Below the pieces are notes generated by a model that saw nothing but the letters and a program-made list of their open reading frames with translations, made no database searches and was not told the origin of the DNA. DNA of 64,000 bases from Candidatus Omnitrophota bacterium (GTDB lineage: Bacteria > Omnitrophota > Gorgyraeia > Duberdicusellales > 4484-171), in NCBI GenBank assembly GCA_037146775.1, contig JBAWWL010000002.1, positions 198,554-262,553 on the forward strand, in the 5' to 3' direction. Below are positions 59,146-64,000 of the stretch, piece after piece. The position numbers and the translations under genes were made by a program. How positions within the stretch are numbered: position 1 is the stretch's first letter; each line of letters opens with the position of its first letter.

Positions 59146-60390
59146 ATGTCAGTAGTCATCAAAGTCGAAAATCTAGGCAAAAGATACGTTATAAGTCACC
59201 AAGAGCAACAGCGCTATCGGACTCTTCGTGATGTTGTTACTAATAAGTTTAAATCATTCGGCAAGAAGACGGCTTCGACCAAAGAGGAAATATGGGCGCT
59301 CAAAAATGTTTCGTTTGAAGTAAAGCAAGGAGAAAGAGTTGGCATTATCGGAAGGAACGGCGCGGGTAAATCCACTCTGTTAAAGCTATTAAGCAGAATA
59401 ACCGAACCAACGAAAGGTAAGATTGGGCTGTGCGGCCGTGTGGGGAGCCTTCTTGAGGTTGGCACCGGTTTTCATCCTGAGTTGACCGGGAGGGAGAATA
59501 TATATCTTAATGGCGCCATCCTAGGTATGTCAAAATCGGACATACGCAAGAAATTTGATGATATTGTTGCTTTCGCGGAAATTGATAAATTTCTTGATAC
59601 GCCAGTTAAGCGGTATTCGTCAGGAATGTATGTCCGGCTTGCCTTTGCCGTTGCTGCCCACTTGGAACCAGAGATTCTTTTGGTGGATGAAGTTCTTGCC
59701 GTTGGTGACGTCTCATTCCAGAAGAAATGTTTAGGAAAAATGGAGGATGTGGCGAGGCAGGGAATGACCGTTATTTTCGTAAGCCATAATATGGGAGCAA
59801 TTGAGAATTTATGCCAACGTACTATATTGATTGACGCCGGAGCGGTGAAAAGGGACGATGATACATCGACAACGATTGCGTTATATTTAGAAAATATTTC
59901 TACGAATATTTCAACTGTGTCGCTGTTGGAGCGTAAAGATCGCTCAGGATCAGGAATCGTTAAATTCTCTGATTTTCGAATAGAAGATTTGCTGGGTAAT
60001 TCGTTGAATGTTGTTCATAGTGGGCAAGATATTGTCTTTATTTTTGATTTTGCCTCGACAAATTCCGCAAACTCGCTTAACGTAGATGTCGGTTTTGGTG
60101 TTTTTTCTCCCATGGGTCAACTTCTTTTTGTTCTTTATAGTAGCTATACTGGAGAAGAATTTAAAGAGCTTGCCATACAAGGGAGTTTTTGTTGCAGAGT
60201 TAATAAATTACCATTGATACCTGGACGGTATAGAGTAGGGGCACGAATTGTGGTGGGGCAGGATGAGTCTGATTGGCCGGCCGACGGTATCGGTTATTTC
60301 GATGTTGAGGCTGGTGATTTTTACGGTACAGGGAGTATGGGGTTTGGCCAGTGTCCGATATTAGTTGACGGTTCGTGGTTTTTGAAATAA
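59146..60390 (+). CDS. Wzt-like ABC ATP-binding protein, copy 2 (5' 610 bp identical to copy 1, different C-terminal domain)
   Basis: Nucleotides 59152-59762 are identical to 57817-58427. Divergence begins after ...KKCLGKMEDV. Distinct C-terminal beta-rich domain. Confidence 0.8.
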   Translation: MSVVIKVENLGKRYVISHQEQQRYRTLRDVVTNKFKSFGKKTASTKEEIWALKNVSFEVKQGERVGIIGRNGAGKSTLLKLLSRITEPTKGKIGLCGRVGSLLEVGTGFHPELTGRENIYLNGAILGMSKSDIRKKFDDIVAFAEIDKFLDTPVKRYSSGMYVRLAFAVAAHLEPEILLVDEVLAVGDVSFQKKCLGKMEDVARQGMTVIFVSHNMGAIENLCQRTILIDAGAVKRDDDTSTTIALYLENISTNISTVSLLERKDRSGSGIVKFSDFRIEDLLGNSLNVVHSGQDIVFIFDFASTNSANSLNVDVGFGVFSPMGQLLFVLYSSYTGEEFKELAIQGSFCCRVNKLPLIPGRYRVGARIVVGQDESDWPADGIGYFDVEAGDFYGTGSMGFGQCPILVDGSWFLK

Positions 60391-61079
60391 ACACAAATTG
60401 TGTTATGGTAATACTTGGTGTTTTAAGGAAAAAAATTACAAAGATATGGCGCAATATTTTAAAGCATATCCCGTTTACCACTTTGAATAGTTTTGGCAAA
60501 GCTTATTCGAAGATAAGCCCTATTAAGGGATTTCTTACTCCAGGGCAGGAAGAATGGATGTTTACAGTAGCGAAGAGACTTCCTCCATCAGCGAATATTT
60601 TAGAAATTGGTTGTTATCTTGGTCGGTCGACCGCGAGTTTTGCTTCAGGATGTGTTGGTACCAATAAGCGGGTTTATTCTATTGATATTTTTGGCGGTTT
60701 GTATCAGGATGTGATTAATGACTCTGACCTTAGGGAGGCATTTGGTTCTGATTTCTTTGAGAAATGGCGGCGCAACATGAAAGATGCGGGGGTCGCGGAT
60801 TACGTCTTACCCTTAAAGGGGGATTCAAAGAATATTGCACAGATTTGGCGTGCGCCAATACATCTTTTATTTATTGATGGCTCTCATGTTTACGACGATA
60901 TCATCGCTGATTTTAATAATTTTTTTACGTATGTCGTATCGGGTGGTATCGTCGCTTTCCATGACGTGCTTCCAGCGTGGTCAGGTGTGTATAAGGTGTG
61001 GCATGATGTTGCGAAATATCAATTGGTACGAATAGGCAATTGTGATTCGATTTGTTATGGTAGTAAACCGAGCGAATAA
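60375..61079 (+). CDS. Class I SAM-dependent methyltransferase (CmcI/TylF-like, Methyltransf_24-type)
   Basis: LEIGCYLGRSTASFASG (motif I) and the FIDGSHVYDDIIADF pattern. The start may be ATG 60405 rather than 60375. Confidence 0.55.
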   Translation: MVFEINTNCVMVILGVLRKKITKIWRNILKHIPFTTLNSFGKAYSKISPIKGFLTPGQEEWMFTVAKRLPPSANILEIGCYLGRSTASFASGCVGTNKRVYSIDIFGGLYQDVINDSDLREAFGSDFFEKWRRNMKDAGVADYVLPLKGDSKNIAQIWRAPIHLLFIDGSHVYDDIIADFNNFFTYVVSGGIVAFHDVLPAWSGVYKVWHDVAKYQLVRIGNCDSICYGSKPSE

Positions 61080-61085
61080 ATACTG

Positions 61086-61964
61086 ATGAGAAAGCGAATA
61101 GCTGCTATTTTTAGACAGGCGATGGGTGTGGCGAAGATGAAGCTATTTGTGATTGGAATTTACCTTAAAAGATTATTCAGGCGGCATGCGATTGTTGTTG
61201 AGGATGTTTATGACATTAAATTTATATATTATCCATGGGAAAAGAGGTCCTTACGCACGTTGCTTCGTAAGGAGTATTACAGGGAAGAATTTCAGGCATT
61301 GGAGAAGTTGATTCGTCCTAAAGACACAGTGTTCGATGTTGGTGCTAATGTTGGAATATTCAGTGTTTTCTTAAGTCGTTTAGCGATGGAGGGCGGGAAG
61401 GTTTTTGCTTTTGAACCTGTCCCTGAGACGTATTGGCGGTTACGTGAGAATCTTGCGCTTAACCGGTGTTTAAATGTACTGTCTATCCAGATGGCAGTTT
61501 CTGACAGAGAGGGTGTGGTGGCGATGAACATATTCCCTAAAGAATATTCAGATTGGAATACGATGGGTAAGCCTGTTATGTCCAGTCCAGAAGGCGACAT
61601 CGTTCCCTGTGAATCTACCGCCGTTACTGCTGTTACGCTAGATGATTTCTGTAAGAAAGAAAATATTGATCATATAGATTTTCTTAAGGTTGACGTAGAA
61701 GGTTTTGAAAAAAATGTATTTCTTGGCGCGCGGCAGCTTTTAAGAGAAAAGCGCATCGGTTATATTTGTTTTGAGATATCAGAAGAGCCACTTAAGGGTG
61801 CCGGCATTGCCGCCCGCGATGTGTTTGCTCTTCTTGAGAGTTATGAGTATCTTGTTTATAAATTTGATCATGCACACGATGTCTTTCAAGGGCCTATCCA
61901 TAGTTCCAGTGAGTATTATGCGAATTATTTCGCTTCATGGAAAAATTTGAATGAGGTAAGGTAA
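61086..61964 (+). CDS. FkbM-family methyltransferase
   Basis: VFDVGANVGIFSVFLS...GKVFAFEPVPETY and FLKVDVEGFE are typical of Methyltransf_21 (FkbM). Confidence 0.65.
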   Translation: MRKRIAAIFRQAMGVAKMKLFVIGIYLKRLFRRHAIVVEDVYDIKFIYYPWEKRSLRTLLRKEYYREEFQALEKLIRPKDTVFDVGANVGIFSVFLSRLAMEGGKVFAFEPVPETYWRLRENLALNRCLNVLSIQMAVSDREGVVAMNIFPKEYSDWNTMGKPVMSSPEGDIVPCESTAVTAVTLDDFCKKENIDHIDFLKVDVEGFEKNVFLGARQLLREKRIGYICFEISEEPLKGAGIAARDVFALLESYEYLVYKFDHAHDVFQGPIHSSSEYYANYFASWKNLNEVR

Positions 61965-61973
61965 CCATTTAAC

Positions 61974-64000
61974 ATGCGATTAATGTTAATATACCATCAC
62001 GGAGCGTTAAAAAGTTCGATGTTTCTTTATGACGCATTGGCAAATATTGCTGGCATTGAACTGTTTGTTGTCGTTCCAGAAAAAATAAAAGTAGATACAG
62101 TTTACGAGGCAACCGAATGGCTAACTCCAGCCCATGTGCGCAGTCATCAAAGATATGAGTTAATTTCCGTTCCATTAAAAGACCCGGCTCGGTATAATTT
62201 GGGCTTTGATAATAAAAAGATGTGGCTGGCAATTCGAGCCAAAAAGCCAGATATCATACATGTATTGGATGAACCATATTCACAATTTCTCTTTGAGACA
62301 ATTTTTCTTAAGCTGACCGCTTGTTTTCGTTCGCGGGTCATTTTTTATGGATATGACAATCTTCCCTTGCAGATTGCTGGCTTGAGATCTTCGTTACGAT
62401 GGAGATTCGTGCGTTCTCAGCTCGCTGGAGGTGTCGTTGCTAACAAAGAGGCTTTAGAGAATATTAGAAAGGAAGGATTTTCCAAGGATAAACCTCTTGA
62501 GCGCATTTTTTGGGGTGTGCCTACAGAACTATTTAAACCAATGGACAAGGAGGTATTACGCAAAGAACTATCTCTTAATCATGAATTTATAATAGGTTAT
62601 ATCGGCAGGCTCTTGTCGGAAAAGGGGATTTCAGTTTTACTGGAAGCGATGAGGCAATTGTCGCACGGTATGGTTTGTTTGATTATTGGTAATGGTGTGA
62701 TGAAGAGTGAACTTAAAGAGCGGGCTAAAGAACCTATCTTGCAGGGAAGAGTTTTAATATGTGACGCTATGGAACCGGAACGATTAGTGAAATATTTGAA
62801 TTGTATGGATGTGTTGGTTTTACCATCACTTACTACATCACAATGGAAGGAGCAATATGGGCGCGTAATTAGTGAGGCGATGGCTTGCGGTATTCCGGTG
62901 GTAGGCTCTGACTCGGGGGCTATCCCTGAAGTTATCGGTAATTGCGGTTTTGTTACTCGGGAAAACGACGCGGTAGCCTTAGCGGCCGCGATTCTAAAAA
63001 TTATTGAGGATCATGATTTACGTAAGCTGTTTATCAAGAAATCACTGGTACGTGTCGAGACGGAATTATCAACTCAAGTCATGAGCAATAAGTTTAACAT
63101 TTTTTATCAGAGTATTTTAAGGCAGCCACTATTTCGATTACACAGTATAATTTATCCGTTTCGCATTATAAAATATATCATACGTTATGTTTATCGAATT
63201 ACAGTCAACTATAGCAGGTATTTTGTGATTATGCCGATTAGGAGGTTTATCGAACGAAAATATTTCCGCGCTATCAAACGTAGCTATCGTGAGCAATGTT
63301 GGTGTGGCGGCGATATTATTCCGTTTGTATACCATGGTAGTTATAGTGTGTGTAAGATTTGTGGAACATATGTAAATCAGCACCCACCGATGCTGCACGA
63401 ATTAAAAAAGCTTTATACTTTCGATTTGTATTGGCACACAAAGCAAAGATTTAAAGGCCATCCTACAATAGAGAAACGTACCAAGTATGACCGTGTTGAC
63501 GGACGGTTGGAATATTGGTTAAATTTAATCGCACGATATGTGCCACTGGGATGTAACGTGATTGAAGTTGGGTGTGCACATGGTGCTTTGTTGGTAGAAT
63601 TAAATAAGCTGGGCTACAGATGTATTGGGATTGAACCTGATGAATGTACTGTTCAGTGGGTTAGAAAGAATACAGGATTAGATATCCGAGGGGGATTTTT
63701 CCCCCATGTCGATCTACCGCCATGCGATTTGTTTCTTGCTTTCGATGTTCTTGAACACGCTCCTGAGCCTGAAATCTTTATGCGGGGCGTCGCGCGTTTA
63801 TTAAGACCAGGTGGAACAGCTATTATCCAGGCCCCGACTGACAGAAGCGATTCCAGGCCTCCTTTTGGACGTTGTTTTAGGGATACCTTCGATGATACAG
63901 AGCACTTGTTTATTTATACCGACCAGGCAATGAAGGAGTTAGCAAAGAGATCAGGATTGTATGTTGTGAGCTTAACTGAACGATTATCGGTGCATCAAGA
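61974..64000 (+). CDS. GT4-family (GT-B) glycosyltransferase fused to a Cys4 zinc-ribbon and a C-terminal class I SAM methyltransferase; 3' end beyond window (absent from the ORF track because there is no stop)
   Basis: Manual translation from ATG 61974 is open to the window end. EAMACGIPVVGSDSGAIPEVIG (Glycos_transf_1), CWCGG...CKICG, then VIEVGCAHGALLVELNKLGYRCIGIEPDE (motif I) and FDVLEHAPEPE..LLRPGGTAII. Confidence 0.6.
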   Translation, partial: MRLMLIYHHGALKSSMFLYDALANIAGIELFVVVPEKIKVDTVYEATEWLTPAHVRSHQRYELISVPLKDPARYNLGFDNKKMWLAIRAKKPDIIHVLDEPYSQFLFETIFLKLTACFRSRVIFYGYDNLPLQIAGLRSSLRWRFVRSQLAGGVVANKEALENIRKEGFSKDKPLERIFWGVPTELFKPMDKEVLRKELSLNHEFIIGYIGRLLSEKGISVLLEAMRQLSHGMVCLIIGNGVMKSELKERAKEPILQGRVLICDAMEPERLVKYLNCMDVLVLPSLTTSQWKEQYGRVISEAMACGIPVVGSDSGAIPEVIGNCGFVTRENDAVALAAAILKIIEDHDLRKLFIKKSLVRVETELSTQVMSNKFNIFYQSILRQPLFRLHSIIYPFRIIKYIIRYVYRITVNYSRYFVIMPIRRFIERKYFRAIKRSYREQCWCGGDIIPFVYHGSYSVCKICGTYVNQHPPMLHELKKLYTFDLYWHTKQRFKGHPTIEKRTKYDRVDGRLEYWLNLIARYVPLGCNVIEVGCAHGALLVELNKLGYRCIGIEPDECTVQWVRKNTGLDIRGGFFPHVDLPPCDLFLAFDVLEHAPEPEIFMRGVARLLRPGGTAIIQAPTDRSDSRPPFGRCFRDTFDDTEHLFIYTDQAMKELAKRSGLYVVSLTERLSVHQ

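Overview
This 64 kb window looks like it comes from a low-GC (about 40% by eye) uncultivated bacterium. Every supportable gene is on the + strand, and I saw no rRNA, tRNA or CRISPR array.

**Gene content in order:**
- 2-7230: an operon with a sulfur/selenium-trafficking flavour. It holds a 5'-truncated radical SAM (rSAM) enzyme, an ArsP/DUF318-type permease, a DUF3343-like protein, a YeeE/YedE transporter, a membrane-anchored hexapeptide acyltransferase and an acyl-CoA synthetase.
- 7380-19320: assorted envelope and housekeeping genes, including DUF2062, a GNAT acetyltransferase, DUF4126, 1-phosphofructokinase, acetolactate decarboxylase, an ATP-grasp protein and an RNA methyltransferase.
- 19.35-30.0 kb: an accessory segment marked by copies of a 30-nt REP-like repeat and a RAYT/IS200-like transposase. 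It carries a methyltransferase, a GT2-GT43-like bidomain glycosyltransferase, three radical SAM genes (two B12-binding, one SPASM; one B12 gene is frameshifted) and a TPP-dependent 2-keto-acid decarboxylase.
- 30-40.6 kb: a TPR protein, a membrane-anchored SNase-like nuclease, a YbeD-like protein, a persulfide dioxygenase-rhodanese-DUF2892 fusion, an SSF symporter, an Mla/MCE-like lipid ABC system and a metallophosphoesterase.
- 40.7-45.6 kb: a segment bounded by roughly 80-bp GC-rich inverted repeats, carrying an MNT/HEPN toxin-antitoxin pair and a P-type cation ATPase with a long structured leader.
- 45.9-64.0 kb: a large glycan biosynthesis and export locus. It has an outer-membrane protein, Wza-like and Wzc BY-kinase components, an O-antigen-ligase-like protein with TPR repeats, a priming sugar transferase, Wzm, two tandem Wzt paralogues, methyltransferases and a GT4-methyltransferase fusion running off the window.

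**Most unusual features:**
- Three paralogous Avd/IVS-type four-helix-bundle genes, each bracketed by its own 14-25 bp inverted repeat, are inserted as IVS-like cassettes into the glycan locus.
- Strand-asymmetric, G-depleted short-repeat arrays recur at seven places.
- The REP-like repeats and RAYT transposase flank the radical SAM cluster.
- The 5' 610 bp of the two wzt copies are identical and then diverge abruptly.
- A roughly 4.9 kb segment carrying the toxin-antitoxin pair and the ATPase is bounded by inverted repeats.
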